NCBI GenBank assembly: GCA_965215505.1
Contig: OZ244065.1
Span: forward strand, 2,016,001 to 2,080,000
Reading direction: 5' to 3'
DNA length: 64,000 nucleotides
From: Capsulimonadaceae bacterium
GTDB lineage: Bacteria; Armatimonadota; Armatimonadia; Armatimonadales; Capsulimonadaceae
The position numbers and the translations under genes are program-made. Below the pieces are notes generated by a model that saw only the letters and a list, made by a program, of their open reading frames with translations, searched no databases and had not been told where the DNA came from. How positions within the stretch are numbered: position 1 is the stretch's first letter; the number at the start of each line of letters is the position of its first letter. Shown here piece by piece: positions 10,394 through 24,620 of the stretch.

Positions 10394-11113
10394 TTAAGCT
10401 CCTTCAGCCGGAGAGGCCGTGGGTGAGGACTGCGCGACATCGGCGGCGTCCACAGGCTGTGCGACCGCGCCGGGCGTTTCCATCGTCAAGGCTTCGGCGG
10501 GGGGCGTCTCGGCGGCAGTGGACTGGATCACGGTCGGCTCATCGGAAACGACGCTGGCGATGCCCTGCGCCGAGTCTTCCTGCTCCGCCTCACGGGAGGC
10601 GTCGGCGACGGCCTTGGAAACCAGGTCGTTGACGTTCAGGCCGCGCAGGCGGGCGACGTCGGTCGCCCGCTTGAGCTGCTTCAGGGCGGCGATGGTCGCC
10701 CAGGCCGTGTTGACCTTGTTGGACGACCCGAGCGACTTCGCCAGGACGTCCTTAATGCCGGCCGCTTCCAGGATGGCGCGGACCGAGCCGCCCGCGACGA
10801 CGCCCGTACCGGGCGAGGCGGGCTTCATCAGGACTTCCGCACCGCCCTGCCGGAGCAGGACATCATGCGGGATCGTCGTGCCGACCATCGGCACATGGAT
10901 GAGGCTGCGGCGGGCCGCTTCCACACCCTTGCGGATGGCGTCCGGGATGGCGCGCGCCTTGCCCAGCCCGGCACCGACGTAGCCGTTGCCGTCACCGACA
11001 ACGACGAGGATGCTCCAGGACATGGTCCGGCCACCCTTGTGGGTCTTCTGGACTTTATTCGTTTGGATGACGCGCTCTTCCAGGTTGAGCGTGTCCGGGT
11101 TGATCAGTGCCAT
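10394..11113 (-). CDS. rpsE: 30S ribosomal protein S5 with acidic tail
   Basis: [24 protein letters not shown]. Confidence 0.97.
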   Translation of the reverse strand: MALINPDTLNLEERVIQTNKVQKTHKGGRTMSWSILVVVGDGNGYVGAGLGKARAIPDAIRKGVEAARRSLIHVPMVGTTIPHDVLLRQGGAEVLMKPASPGTGVVAGGSVRAILEAAGIKDVLAKSLGSSNKVNTAWATIAALKQLKRATDVARLRGLNVNDLVSKAVADASREAEQEDSAQGIASVVSDEPTVIQSTAAETPPAEALTMETPGAVAQPVDAADVAQSSPTASPAEGA

Positions 11114-11116
11114 AGG

Positions 11117-11491
11117 TTAGAAATCCAGTCCATTCTCGCGCGCCGCGTCGGCCAGAGCCTGAACGCGCCCGTGATAGAGGTAGCCGCCGCGGTCGAAGAC
11201 GACCTTGGTGACACCCGCCGTCTTCGCGCGCTCCGCGATGAGAGTGCCCACGGACTTGGCCGCGTCGATGTTGCCGCCCGCGCTCTTCGCGGGCTTGTCG
11301 CCGCGCAGCGAAGCGTCGAGCGAGGAGGCCGCCGCCAGGGTCCGCCCGGCGAGGTCATCAATGACCTGTGCGTAGATGTTGTTGGAGGAGCGGTAGATGT
11401 TCAGCCGGGGCCGCTCGGTCGTGCCGTTGACGCGCTTCCGAACCCGTGTGTGACGCTTCTGCCGCGTCTCGTTTTTGTTGATCTGTGCCAT
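11117..11491 (-). CDS. rplR: 50S ribosomal protein L18
   Basis: [17 protein letters not shown]. Confidence 0.98.
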   Translation of the reverse strand: MAQINKNETRQKRHTRVRKRVNGTTERPRLNIYRSSNNIYAQVIDDLAGRTLAAASSLDASLRGDKPAKSAGGNIDAAKSVGTLIAERAKTAGVTKVVFDRGGYLYHGRVQALADAARENGLDF

Positions 11492-11579
11492 AGTATTCGA
11501 GTTTCCTCTTGGCCCACCGTGTCACGGACGCAGCAGCGTCCGCGTTATGAGCCGGATGATCCGCATGATGCCAGATAAG

Positions 11580-11604
11580 AGGGCGTGATGAATCACGTCC
11601 CTAC
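11580..11604 (-). repeat. GTAG-type REP element overlapping the rplF stop codon
   Basis: GTAGGGACGTGATTCATCACGCCCT on minus strand. Confidence 0.65.
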
Positions 11605-12191
11605 TTCTTGCCGCCCTTGCTGCCGCCTTTGCCGCCCGCCTTGCCGCTCTTGCCGGCCTTGCGGCGGACGATCTCGCCCTGATAGCGGATGCCCTTGCCC
11701 TTGTACGGCTCCGGCGGCTTCAGCTTGCGGATGAAGGCGGCCTGCTGGCCGACCGCCTCTTTGTCAATGCCGAGGATGGTGATGAACGGACGCCGCGTAG
11801 CGGCATCCTGGCCGACCTCGAAGGTGACGCCGCCGAGCGGCTCGATGGGGACCTGGTGCGAGAAGCCCAGGTTCAGGAGCAGGCGCTGGCCGTCTTTGGC
11901 GGCACGGTAGCCGACGCCCTCGATCTCCAGCACACGCCTGTATCCCGCCGAGACGCCGACGACCATGTTGTTGACGAGGGACCGGGTCAGCCCGTGCAGG
12001 GCGCGGTCTTCCTGACCGTCGGTGGGGCGCTTGACCAGCAGGGTGCCGTCCGCCTGCTCGACGCTCATGCGCGGGTGGATCTGGCGGGACAGCGAGCCTT
12101 TCGGCCCCTTCACCGTCAGCGTGCCGTCTTTGGCAGCCTGGACTTCCACACCCTGCGGCAGCGGAATCGGGAGTTTTCCGATACGAGACAT
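11601..12191 (-). CDS. rplF: 50S ribosomal protein L6
   Basis: MSRIGK, PEPYKGKGIRY. Confidence 0.98.
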   Translation of the reverse strand: MSRIGKLPIPLPQGVEVQAAKDGTLTVKGPKGSLSRQIHPRMSVEQADGTLLVKRPTDGQEDRALHGLTRSLVNNMVVGVSAGYRRVLEIEGVGYRAAKDGQRLLLNLGFSHQVPIEPLGGVTFEVGQDAATRRPFITILGIDKEAVGQQAAFIRKLKPPEPYKGKGIRYQGEIVRRKAGKSGKAGGKGGSKGGKK

Positions 12192-12201
12192 GGGGGACTC
12201 C

Positions 12202-12603
12202 TTAAGAAACGTAGGCCATGACTTCGCCGCCGATGCCCAGCTTGCGGGCCTTCTTGGCGGTCATGACGCCCTGCGAGGTGCTGACGATGGCGATGCCCAG
12301 GCCGCGAAGGACCGTCGGCAGCTTGTCGTGCGGCCGGTAGATCCGCAGGCCGGGCTTGGAAACGCGCTTGATGGTGGTGATGACCTTCTCGCGGTTGCGC
12401 GCCCCGTACTTGAGGGTGACTTTGATCTTGTCCTGCACGGGCTGCGAGATGACCTCGTAGGACTTGATGTAGCCCTCTTCGTGCAGGATGCGGACGACTT
12501 CGATTTTGAGCTTGGACGAATCGACTTCCAGCGACTCGTGGTTCGCCGAGTTGGCGTTACGAATGCGCGTGAGAAGATCGGCGACTGGATCACTGACCGG
12601 CAT
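12202..12603 (-). CDS. rpsH: 30S ribosomal protein S8
   Basis: DPVADLLTRIRNA, SKPGLRIY. Confidence 0.98.
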   Translation of the reverse strand: MPVSDPVADLLTRIRNANSANHESLEVDSSKLKIEVVRILHEEGYIKSYEVISQPVQDKIKVTLKYGARNREKVITTIKRVSKPGLRIYRPHDKLPTVLRGLGIAIVSTSQGVMTAKKARKLGIGGEVMAYVS

Positions 12604-12668
12604 GTGTTAATTCTCCCATCAGACGGACGGCGGACCGGGCCGCCGTCTCGATATGGTTCGTTGATGTT

Positions 12669-12854
12669 CTACCAGGACGACTTGGTCACGCCAGGGATCA
12701 ACCCCTGGTGCGCCAGCTCGCGGAAGCAGATACGGCAGATGCTGAACTTACGCATGTATCCATGCGCGCGCCCGCAGAGCTGGCAGCGATTGTAAGCGCG
12801 AACCGAAAACTTCGGCTTGAGCTTGGCTTTCTGAATCAGGCACTCTTTGGCCAT
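12669..12854 (-). CDS. rpsN: 30S ribosomal protein S14, short zinc-binding type
   Basis: [22 protein letters not shown]. Confidence 0.97.
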   Translation of the reverse strand: MAKECLIQKAKLKPKFSVRAYNRCQLCGRAHGYMRKFSICRICFRELAHQGLIPGVTKSSW

Positions 12855-12946
12855 TGGTATCCTCGGGTGTCTCGTGAATGTTTTGTGCGTGGAAACAGGC
12901 GTTAGTATACCCTAAATCCCCATGCTTTCGACTCTCGGCGGGCGTC

Positions 12947-13552
12947 CTACTGAAGACGCTCGCCCTGCTTCTCGCCCCGGAAGGGGACACCGACCGCTTT
13001 CAGCAGTGAACGCGCCTCGGCATCGGACTTGGCCGACGTGACGATGATGATGTCCATGCCCCGCACCTGGTCCACCTTGTCGTAGACGATCTCGGGGAAG
13101 GTCAACTGCTCTTTGAGGCCCATGGCGAAGTTGCCGCGGCCGTCAAAGGAGTTCGGGTTGATGCCGCCGAAGTCGCGGACGCGCGGCAGGGCGATGTTCA
13201 GCAGGCGGTCCAGGAACTCATACATCCGCGCGCCGCGCAGGGTCACCTTTGCGCCGATGCGCGCGCCCTGCCGCAGCCGGAAGTTCGCGATGGACTTCTT
13301 GGCCCGCGTCACGGCCGGCTTCTGGCCGGTGATCGTCGCGAGATCCGCCACCGCACCGTCGAGCTTCTTGGCGTCGCCGCCGGTCTGGCCCGCCGCGCCG
13401 ACGCCCATGTTCAGGACGACCTTCTCGATGCGCGGCACCTGCATGACGTTCTTGTAGCCGAACTCCTTCTGCAAGGCGGGAACGACCTCGTCCTGGTACT
13501 TCTTCTTCAGGGTCGGCTGCGGCGCGTTCCCGTTCTCGATCTCATCAGCCAT
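12947..13552 (-). CDS. rplE: 50S ribosomal protein L5
   Basis: [21 protein letters not shown]. Confidence 0.98.
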   Translation of the reverse strand: MADEIENGNAPQPTLKKKYQDEVVPALQKEFGYKNVMQVPRIEKVVLNMGVGAAGQTGGDAKKLDGAVADLATITGQKPAVTRAKKSIANFRLRQGARIGAKVTLRGARMYEFLDRLLNIALPRVRDFGGINPNSFDGRGNFAMGLKEQLTFPEIVYDKVDQVRGMDIIIVTSAKSDAEARSLLKAVGVPFRGEKQGERLQ

Positions 13553-13949
13553 TGGAAATCACTCCTCCCGACTTCTTGGCGAAGCGCACGCGCTCCCCGT
13601 TCTCGCCCGTCCTGGCCCCGATGCGGGTCAGCGTCTTGCCGTCAGCGGGGTCCACGAGCTGGACCTTGGCGACGTGCATCGGCGATGACTGCTCGATGCG
13701 CCCGCCCTGCGGCGACTGGCCGCTGATGGTGGGGGCGCCCTGCGGGCGCGGCTTCTGGTGCTTGATGACGATGTTAATGCCTTCAACGATCACCTTGCCC
13801 TCGGAGCGCAGGATCTGGGTCACTTTGCCTTCTTTGCCCTTGTCCTTGCCGGCGATGGCGCGCACGGTGTCGCCCACCCGCAGGAGGATCTTGCCCGTGA
13901 ACTGTGCCTCGCTGCGGCGCGGGCCACTCTTTCTTTGCGGCTTGTACAT
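13545..13949 (-). CDS. rplX: 50S ribosomal protein L24
   Basis: [19 protein letters not shown] motif. Confidence 0.97.
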   Translation of the reverse strand: MYKPQRKSGPRRSEAQFTGKILLRVGDTVRAIAGKDKGKEGKVTQILRSEGKVIVEGINIVIKHQKPRPQGAPTISGQSPQGGRIEQSSPMHVAKVQLVDPADGKTLTRIGARTGENGERVRFAKKSGGVISNG

Positions 13950-13951
13950 TG

Positions 13952-14329
13952 TTACAGCACCTCCGGGGCGAGGGAGATGATCTTCATCGCGCCCTCAAAC
14001 TTGGAATCGCGCAGCTCGCGGGCGACCGGCCCGAAGACGCGGGTGCCGCGCGGCGCGAGGTTGTTGGTCAGTACGACGGCGGCGTTCTCGTCGAAGCGCA
14101 GGACGGAGCCGTCCTGCCGCCGGATCGCCTGCCGGGTGCGGACGACGACGGCCTTGACCACGTCGCCCTTCTTGACCTGCGCGCCCGGCGTCGCCGACTT
14201 CACGGCGGCGACGATGATGTCGCCGATGTGCGCGTACTTGGCGTTGGAGCCTTTCAAGACGCGGATGGTCAATAGCTCCCGCGCCCCGCTGTTGTCTGCC
14301 GCCCGGAGGCGGCTGTAATCCTGAATCAT
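13952..14329 (-). CDS. rplN: 50S ribosomal protein L14
   Basis: [27 protein letters not shown]. Confidence 0.98.
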   Translation of the reverse strand: MIQDYSRLRAADNSGARELLTIRVLKGSNAKYAHIGDIIVAAVKSATPGAQVKKGDVVKAVVVRTRQAIRRQDGSVLRFDENAAVVLTNNLAPRGTRVFGPVARELRDSKFEGAMKIISLAPEVL

Positions 14330-14424
14330 CTGTTTTCCTTTGCGCTGCCGGCCCAGGTCCGGACGCCCTGATTTTTGGGGCACCCGGCTTTGTGGCCGAC
14401 CCTAGCAGCCCGCAATGCGGGTGT

Positions 14425-14703
14425 TTACTTGGCGCGCTCGACGATGCGAGTGACGCGCCAGCACTTGTCTTTGCTCAGTGGACGGGTTTCCATGATCTCC
14501 ACCGTGTCACCAGTGTGGGCGTCATTGGTCTCGTCGTGGGCCTTCAGCTTCTTGTTCTGCTTCTGGATGCGCCCGTAGACCGGGTGCCGCACCAGATTCG
14601 CGATGGTCACGACCACCGTCTTCTGCATCTTGTCGCTCGACACGACGCCGGTGCGGACCTTGCGGCGGGAGCGGGTTTCCACTGTTTGAGTCTCTTCTGC
14701 CAT
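14425..14703 (-). CDS. rpsQ: 30S ribosomal protein S17
   Basis: [18 protein letters not shown]. Confidence 0.98.
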   Translation of the reverse strand: MAEETQTVETRSRRKVRTGVVSSDKMQKTVVVTIANLVRHPVYGRIQKQNKKLKAHDETNDAHTGDTVEIMETRPLSKDKCWRVTRIVERAK

Positions 14704-14706
14704 TCT

Positions 14707-14931
14707 TTACCCCTTGCTCTCCTGGCTCAGTTCCCGCTCGCGCCGGATGGTCAGGATGCGCGCGATCTCCTTGCGGGCCGTGCGGACCACCTTGACGTTC
14801 TCCTGCGGCTTGCTCAGGCGGTCCTTGCGGAACTGATAGATGCGCTTGTGGGCGTCGGTGATGGCGGCGGCCATGCCCGCCTCGTCCATACCGCGCAGCG
14901 CCTCACGGCGATTCTTGATCTTCTCGGCCAT
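14707..14931 (-). CDS. rpmC: 50S ribosomal protein L29
   Basis: [10 protein letters not shown]; position between rplP and rpsQ. Confidence 0.93.
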   Translation of the reverse strand: MAEKIKNRREALRGMDEAGMAAAITDAHKRIYQFRKDRLSKPQENVKVVRTARKEIARILTIRRERELSQESKG

Positions 14932-14932
14932 T

Positions 14933-15427
14933 TTATTCCTCAGTCACTTCTTCGGCTTCGACTTCCATCTCGGCGGCGTCTTCGCTGGTCAGCGCGTGTG
15001 CCGCGATCTGCAAGGCCGTCTCGTGCCGCGTGATGAACTTGGTGGCGATGGGCAGCTTGTGCTGTGCGAGCCGCATGGCCTCGCGCGCCAGTTCCTCACC
15101 CACGCCGGACATCTCGAACAGGACGCGGCCCGGCTTGACGACCGCGACCCAGCCCTCGGGAGCGCCCTTGCCCTTGCCCATGCGGGTTTCGGCAGGCTTC
15201 TTGGTGAACGGCTTGTCCGGGAAGACGCGGATCCAGATCTTACCGCCGCGCTTGATCTTGCGGGTCATGGCGATACGGGCCGCCTCGATCTGCCGGTTCG
15301 TCATCCAGCAGGCTTCCAGGGCTTGCAGCGCGTACTCGCCGAAGTCCACCTTGTTGCCGCCCGAGGCGGGACCGGTGCGCCGCCCGCGATGGACGCGGCG
15401 GTACTTGACTTTCTTTGGCATCAACAT
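14933..15427 (-). CDS. rplP: 50S ribosomal protein L16
   Basis: [17 protein letters not shown]. Confidence 0.98.
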   Translation of the reverse strand: MLMPKKVKYRRVHRGRRTGPASGGNKVDFGEYALQALEACWMTNRQIEAARIAMTRKIKRGGKIWIRVFPDKPFTKKPAETRMGKGKGAPEGWVAVVKPGRVLFEMSGVGEELAREAMRLAQHKLPIATKFITRHETALQIAAHALTSEDAAEMEVEAEEVTEE

Positions 15428-15489
15428 GATGATTGTTTTCCTTAGCCGCCCGGACTCCGGCGACTGCCGGGATCCGGGCGGTGATTGTC

Positions 15490-16440
15490 TTAGCGACCGC
15501 CGCCGCCGGGGCGTCCGCCGCCACCGCCGAAGCCGCCACCGCCGCCAGGCCGACCGCCGCCGAAGCCGCCGCCACCGCCCGGCCCGCGCCCGCCGCCGGG
15601 GCCGCCGCGACCGCCGCCGCCGAAGCCTCCACCGCCGCCGCGCCCGCCGCCGGCACCGCCGCGACCACCGCCGCCACGACTGCCGCCCGCACCGCCGCGT
15701 CCGCCGCGTCCGGCGCTCGGGCCGCGATCACCGAAGCCCTCTTCGGCGTTCAGGCGGCGCTGCTGCTGCTGCTGCAAGGCGATGTCCGCCGTCGTCAGCC
15801 GCTTCTGGCCGGGCAGGATGTCGCCCTTGTAGATCCATACCTTGACGCCGATGTTGCCATAGGTCGTCGGCGCTTCCGCGAAACCGTAGTCAATGTCCGC
15901 CCGCAAGGTGTGCAGGGGGATCTTGCCCAGACGGTCGCCCTCTTTGCGGGCCATCTCACTGCCGTTCAGCCGGCCCGAGCTGAGGATGCGAATGCCCTTC
16001 GCCCCCAGCTTCATGGCGCGCGTGACGGCCTGACGCATGGCGCGCTTGTAAGAGACGCGCTTGGTGATCTGCTGCGCGATGCTCTCCGCCACAAGCTGGG
16101 CGTCCAGCTCGGGGTGCCGGATCTCATTGACATTGGCCTGGAACGACTTCTTGAACTTGTCTTCCAGGACCGCGCGCAGATCGTCCACGCCCTTGCCGCC
16201 GCGCCCGATGATAATGCCGGGCTTGGCGGTGTGCAGAGTCACCTTGACGCGGTTCGCCGCCCGCTCGATCTCGACGCGCGCGATGGAGGCGTTCGCCAAG
16301 GTCTTGCTATTCTTGATGAAGGCGCGGATGTGGAAGTCTTCCACCAGGGCCTTGGCGTAGCCCTTATCCAGATACCACTTGCTCTCCCAGTCGCGGTTCA
16401 CGCCGACGCGGAACCCGACGGGATGGATCTTCTGTCCCAT
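15490..16440 (-). CDS. rpsC: 30S ribosomal protein S3 with Gly/Arg-rich tail
   Basis: [27 protein letters not shown]. Confidence 0.98.
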   Translation of the reverse strand: MGQKIHPVGFRVGVNRDWESKWYLDKGYAKALVEDFHIRAFIKNSKTLANASIARVEIERAANRVKVTLHTAKPGIIIGRGGKGVDDLRAVLEDKFKKSFQANVNEIRHPELDAQLVAESIAQQITKRVSYKRAMRQAVTRAMKLGAKGIRILSSGRLNGSEMARKEGDRLGKIPLHTLRADIDYGFAEAPTTYGNIGVKVWIYKGDILPGQKRLTTADIALQQQQQRRLNAEEGFGDRGPSAGRGGRGGAGGSRGGGGRGGAGGGRGGGGGFGGGGRGGPGGGRGPGGGGGFGGGRPGGGGGFGGGGGRPGGGGR

Positions 16441-16443
16441 GCG

Positions 16444-17394
16444 TTATTCTCCCTCTTCCCGCTTCTGATCGGCGCCTTCGCTCGGGTCGGGCGCGCGGTC
16501 GGACACTTCGATCTCCGGCGAGTCCGAGGCCGTCACCGGGGTGGCCTCGTGCGGCACCTCGGAGGTCTCCGCCATCGCCTTCGGTGCCTTGGCCTGCCCG
16601 CTGTCGGACGTGTTGGCCGTGTCACCGGTCCCGCCCTCGCCCTGCTCCGAACCCGGAACCTGCCGGGTTTCCTCGGCGGGGGCCACGACCGGCGTGTCCA
16701 GGGCGACTTCCGCCCCGGCCTGCTCGGTCGTACTCTGGTTGGCGAGCGTGACGTTCTCCGCCTTCGGCGCGGCCGGTGCCTGGGTCGCCTTCGGCTTGGC
16801 CGGCGTCGCCGCAGCGCGGCGCGGGCGCGGCGCGACGGCGGGGGCGTCGGTCAGGATGACGGTCAGGTGGCTGGTCCGCTTCAGGATGCGGTAGGCGCGG
16901 CCCTGGGCGCGGGCGCGGACCCGCTTCAGGGTCGGGCCGCCGTCGGCCAGGATGTTCTGGACCTTCAGCTCCTCGACGCCCGCCCCCCAGCCATCCTGGG
17001 CGTTCGCGGCGGCGGAGATGACGACCTTGGTGATCAGCTCGGCGGCGTGGTTCGGGATGAAGCGCAGCATGGCGAGCGCCTCGGAGACGCGCTTGCCCTT
17101 GATGGCGTCAATGACCAGGCGGGCCTTGCGCGGCGAGGTGCGGACCCACTTGGCGACGGCGCGGGCTTCGGCCACGACCTCGACGGTCACGGTGCGGCTG
17201 TTGCCGATCTGCTCCGTCAGGGCTTCCGTCAGGGCCTGCGCCTCCATCCGCACGTTGTTCGGGCGGCTGGTATGGAGCAGGACCTTGAGGCTGCCGTCCT
17301 TTTCCTTGGTTAGTTTCAGCTTAGAAACCGGCGTCCGCCCCAGCACGTCTTTGACGGTGGGGAGCAGGGCGCGGTCCCGTGCAGCGGTGTTCAT
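16444..17394 (-). CDS. rplV: 50S ribosomal protein L22 with N-terminal KH-like domain and acidic C-tail
   Basis: Core SPRKARLV, SAAANA, RAQGRA, KRTSHL at about aa 76-185; AAGGA RBS before Met1. Confidence 0.95.
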   Translation of the reverse strand: MNTAARDRALLPTVKDVLGRTPVSKLKLTKEKDGSLKVLLHTSRPNNVRMEAQALTEALTEQIGNSRTVTVEVVAEARAVAKWVRTSPRKARLVIDAIKGKRVSEALAMLRFIPNHAAELITKVVISAAANAQDGWGAGVEELKVQNILADGGPTLKRVRARAQGRAYRILKRTSHLTVILTDAPAVAPRPRRAAATPAKPKATQAPAAPKAENVTLANQSTTEQAGAEVALDTPVVAPAEETRQVPGSEQGEGGTGDTANTSDSGQAKAPKAMAETSEVPHEATPVTASDSPEIEVSDRAPDPSEGADQKREEGE

Positions 17395-17406
17395 TGTGTG
17401 TTTTCC

Positions 17407-17694
17407 TTATCGGCCCCGCGTCGTCCGCGTGTCCTTCGAGCCGGCGTGGCCCTTGAAGGTGCGGGTCAGCGCGAACTCGCCGAGCTTGTGGCCGACCATG
17501 TTCTCCGTGACGAAGACGGGGATATGCTTGCGCCCGTCATGCACGGCCAGGGTGTGGCCGATCATCTGCGGGAAGATGGTGGACCGGCGCGACCAGGTCT
17601 TGATGATGCGCTTCTCGTTGCGCGCGTTCATGTCATCGATGCGCTTGAGCAGCTTGACGTCCGCGAACGGACCTTTTTTTAGTGAGCGTCCCAT
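17407..17694 (-). CDS. rpsS: 30S ribosomal protein S19
   Basis: [20 protein letters not shown]. Confidence 0.98.
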   Translation of the reverse strand: MGRSLKKGPFADVKLLKRIDDMNARNEKRIIKTWSRRSTIFPQMIGHTLAVHDGRKHIPVFVTENMVGHKLGEFALTRTFKGHAGSKDTRTTRGR

Positions 17695-17720
17695 AGAATG
17701 CCTTCAGAGTCCCTTCCCGG

Positions 17721-18554
17721 TTACTTGCTGCCTCGGCGGCGAACGATAAACTTCTGCGTATTCTTGTTGCGGCGGGTGCGGAAGCCCAGGGCGCGCACGC
17801 CGGTCGCCGAAACCGGACCCTTCTTGCGTCCGACCGGAGACTTGGCCTCGCCGCCGCCGTGCGGGTGGTCACGCGGGGACATGACGACGCCACGGTTGTG
17901 CATATAGACGCCCAGCCAGCGCTTCTTGCCGGCCTTGCCGTGCTTGATGTTCTCGTGTTCGATGTTGCCGATCTGGCCCACCGTCGCGCGGCACTCGGCG
18001 AGGATCATCCGCATCTCGCCCGAGGCCAGGCGGATGGTGACGTACTTGCCTTCCTTGCCCATGAGCTGAGACGCGCCGCCCGCCGTCCGGGTGATCTGGC
18101 CGCCCTTGCCGGGCATCATCTCGATGTTGTGGACGAGGGTACCGACGGGGATGGCGCGCAACGGGAGCGCGTTGCCGGGCTTGATGTCCGCCGTCTCGCT
18201 CGACACGATGGCGTCGCCGACCTTCAGGCCGACCGGCCACAGGATGTACCGCTTCTCGCCGTCGGCGTAATGCACCAGGGCGATGCGGGCGGACCGGTTC
18301 GGGTCGTACTCGATGGTCGCGACCTTGCCGGGGACGTTGTTCTTGTCCCGCTTGAAGTCAATCAGACGGTACATCGTCTTGTTGCCGCCGGCGACGTTGA
18401 CTGCGGTGCGGCGGCCCTTGTTGTTGCGGCCCCCGCTGTGCTTGTTGGGCCGCAGCAGGGACTTCTCGGGCTTGGAGGCCGTCAGCTCGGAGTAGTCCGA
18501 GGCGGTCCGGAACCGCTGCGACGGGGTCGTAGGCTTGTAGCGTTTGATTCCCAT
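17721..18554 (-). CDS. rplB: 50S ribosomal protein L2
   Basis: [16 protein letters not shown]. Confidence 0.98.
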   Translation of the reverse strand: MGIKRYKPTTPSQRFRTASDYSELTASKPEKSLLRPNKHSGGRNNKGRRTAVNVAGGNKTMYRLIDFKRDKNNVPGKVATIEYDPNRSARIALVHYADGEKRYILWPVGLKVGDAIVSSETADIKPGNALPLRAIPVGTLVHNIEMMPGKGGQITRTAGGASQLMGKEGKYVTIRLASGEMRMILAECRATVGQIGNIEHENIKHGKAGKKRWLGVYMHNRGVVMSPRDHPHGGGEAKSPVGRKKGPVSATGVRALGFRTRRNKNTQKFIVRRRGSK

Positions 18555-18558
18555 ATAG

Positions 18559-18885
18559 TTAAACCCCCTCGACCAGCTCGATGGACTGGCCGGCCTGCAA
18601 GGTCACGATCGCCTTCTTCCAGTCGGAGGTCTTGCCCCGGTTGGCGCGCTTGAAGAAGCGGCCCTGCCGGGTCTTGCCCTTCACGACCATGGTGTTGACG
18701 GCGACGACGTTGATCACGTTTTTGGAGTCGGCCTGAATCTGCTGAATGGCTTCGGCGATCTCGTACTTGTTAGCGGTACGGGACACGACGAACGTGTACT
18801 GGTTCCGGCTGCCGCCGTCCACGCTCTTTTCGGTGACGATGGGCCGGACGATGATCTGGTAGGGACTCTTAGTGGTTGCGCTCAT
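18559..18885 (-). CDS. rplW: 50S ribosomal protein L23
   Basis: [21 protein letters not shown]. Confidence 0.97.
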   Translation of the reverse strand: MSATTKSPYQIIVRPIVTEKSVDGGSRNQYTFVVSRTANKYEIAEAIQQIQADSKNVINVVAVNTMVVKGKTRQGRFFKRANRGKTSDWKKAIVTLQAGQSIELVEGV

Positions 18886-18886
18886 G

Positions 18887-19555
18887 TTAAACAGTCGCCT
18901 CCTCGGCGGGCTGCTCCTGGACGGCAGCGTTCGTGCCGTAAACGGCATCCAGCTTGTCCAGAGCGCCCTGGGTCATCACGATCCGCGTGGCGTCCAAAAC
19001 GTCCCGCACCGAAAAGGCGGGGGCGACCCGGACGGTGACGCCGGGGATGTTACGGAACGACTTGTAGATCGTCAGGTTGGTTTCGGGCAGCACGACCAAG
19101 GTCTTGCCGGTGACGCCCAGTGTCTTCAGCAGGGCGGCGGCCGTCTTGGTCGAGTGCGTCTCCATCTCGATGGCATCCACGACGAGGATCGCGTCATCAG
19201 TGGCCTTGGTGGAGAGGGCGGAGGCCAGGGCAGCGCGGCGTGCCTTCTTGGGCAGCTTTGCCGACAGGTCACGCGGGTGCGGCCCGAACACGATGCCGCC
19301 GTGGCGGTAGTGCGGCGCGGAGATCGTACCCTGGCGCGCACGGCCCGTGCCCTTCTGGCGGTACGGCTTGCGTCCGCCGCCGGCCACTTCCGCGCGCGTC
19401 TTGGTGTCGCGGGTGTCCTGGCGGCTGTTGGTCGCCTCGTTGACGACGGCCTGGTGCATCAGGCCCGGATTGATCTTGGCGCTGAACAGCTTGTCGCTGA
19501 GGGAGACATTTCCCCCGCTGCTGCCATCTGCTTTTCTGAGAATGGTTTCCGGCAT
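18887..19555 (-). CDS. rplD: 50S ribosomal protein L4
   Basis: RQKGTGRARQG, GGIVFGP. Confidence 0.98.
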   Translation of the reverse strand: MPETILRKADGSSGGNVSLSDKLFSAKINPGLMHQAVVNEATNSRQDTRDTKTRAEVAGGGRKPYRQKGTGRARQGTISAPHYRHGGIVFGPHPRDLSAKLPKKARRAALASALSTKATDDAILVVDAIEMETHSTKTAAALLKTLGVTGKTLVVLPETNLTIYKSFRNIPGVTVRVAPAFSVRDVLDATRIVMTQGALDKLDAVYGTNAAVQEQPAEEATV

Positions 19556-19569
19556 GGGTTATGTTCCTC

Positions 19570-20196
19570 CTAGCGTATGAATTTCTTGATCATGACCAGC
19601 CCGCCGTTCGCGCCGGGGATGGCGCCTTTGACGAGCAGCAGGTTCTTCTCGGTGTCCACGCGGACCACGCGGAGGCCCTGCTGGGTCACTTGGACGTCGC
19701 CCATGTGGCCCGGCTTGCCGGAACCCTTGAAGGTGTGAGCGGCATCGGTGCCGCCGCCGGAGGCTGGCTTGCGGTGGGACGTGGAAGCGCCGTGCGTGGC
19801 CTTGTTGCCGCGCCAGCCGTAGCGCTTCATGACACCCGCGAAGCCCTTACCCTTGGAGATGCCCGTGACGGCGACCTTGTCGCCCGCCGCGAAGATGTCG
19901 GCCGCGAACTCATGGCCTTCGGCCAGAGTCTCGCCTTCGTCAATGGGGATCTCGCGCAGGGTCCGTTTCGGCTTGACCTCGTGGGCCGCGAAGTGGCCCT
20001 TCTGCGGCATATTCAGGCGATGCTCTTTCACATCTTCAAACCCGATCTGCACGGCAGAATAACCGTCTTTGGTGATAGTCTTTAGTTGTGTAACGACACA
20101 GGGACCGGCAGCGATCACGGTGACCGGAGTCACGCGACCGTTTTCCTCGAAGATCTGGGTCATGCCCAGCTTCTTGCCCAAGATTGAACTTGGCAT
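19570..20196 (-). CDS. rplC: 50S ribosomal protein L3
   Basis: GKKLGMTQ, SKGKGFAGVMKR. Confidence 0.98.
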   Translation of the reverse strand: MPSSILGKKLGMTQIFEENGRVTPVTVIAAGPCVVTQLKTITKDGYSAVQIGFEDVKEHRLNMPQKGHFAAHEVKPKRTLREIPIDEGETLAEGHEFAADIFAAGDKVAVTGISKGKGFAGVMKRYGWRGNKATHGASTSHRKPASGGGTDAAHTFKGSGKPGHMGDVQVTQQGLRVVRVDTEKNLLLVKGAIPGANGGLVMIKKFIR

Positions 20197-20296
20197 TGGT
20201 TTCCTCCACGGCGCACCTCATGAGCGTGGATCAGCTCACTACGTGTCGCGGTTTTGATTTTGATATCGAGAACGGCGGGCGCGAATGATCGCGCCC

Positions 20297-20605
20297 TTAC
20301 AGCTTGATTTCGATGTCCACGCCCGAGGGCAAGTCCAGCCGCATCAAAGCATCAATGGTCTTCGGGCCGGGATCGAGGATGTCGATCAGGCGCTTGTGCG
20401 TCCGCATCTCGAAGTGCTCGAACGACTCTTTATCCACGAAGGTGCTGCGCTGCATCGGCAGGATGTTCTTCTCGGTCGGCAGCAGGACCGGACCGGAGAT
20501 GCGGGCACCCGTGCGCTTCACAGTGTCCACGATCTTCTCGGCGCTCTGGTCCAGCACGCGATGATCGAACGCGCGCAGACGAATACGGACTTTATCACGA
20601 CGCAT
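20297..20605 (-). CDS. rpsJ: 30S ribosomal protein S10
   Basis: [20 protein letters not shown]. Confidence 0.97.
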   Translation of the reverse strand: MRRDKVRIRLRAFDHRVLDQSAEKIVDTVKRTGARISGPVLLPTEKNILPMQRSTFVDKESFEHFEMRTHKRLIDILDPGPKTIDALMRLDLPSGVDIEIKL

Positions 20606-20632
20606 AGTAGAAAAGTACTCCCGGCACAAAAA

Positions 20633-20662
20633 GTAGGGGCGTGAATGTTCTCACGCCCCTAC
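20633..20662. repeat. GTAG-type REP palindrome
   Basis: GTAGGGGCGTGA-ATGTTC-TCACGCCCCTAC, perfect 12-bp arms between tuf and rpsJ. Confidence 0.7.
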
Positions 20663-20672
20663 AGGCATAGTC

Positions 20673-21866
<1,194 letters not shown>

Positions 21867-21927
21867 AGAAATACTCCAGATATCTTATCGTATGGCCCCT
21901 CCCGTTCAGGAAGGGGCCGAAAAGTCG

Positions 21928-24081
<2,154 letters not shown>

Positions 24082-24131
24082 AATTTGCTGCTTCCACTAC
24101 CCCCGGTATTGGGGGCCGGGGGGCCTTGTCG

Positions 24132-24620
<489 letters not shown>

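Noticed and set aside
15240-15731. Ala-rich 163-aa ORF
   Set aside because: Alternate frame of the Gly-rich S3 tail and rplP
24097-24125. CCCCC..GGGGG..GGGGGG element between rpsG and fusA
   Set aside because: Single copy in the window; cannot tell a dispersed repeat from an ordinary hairpin
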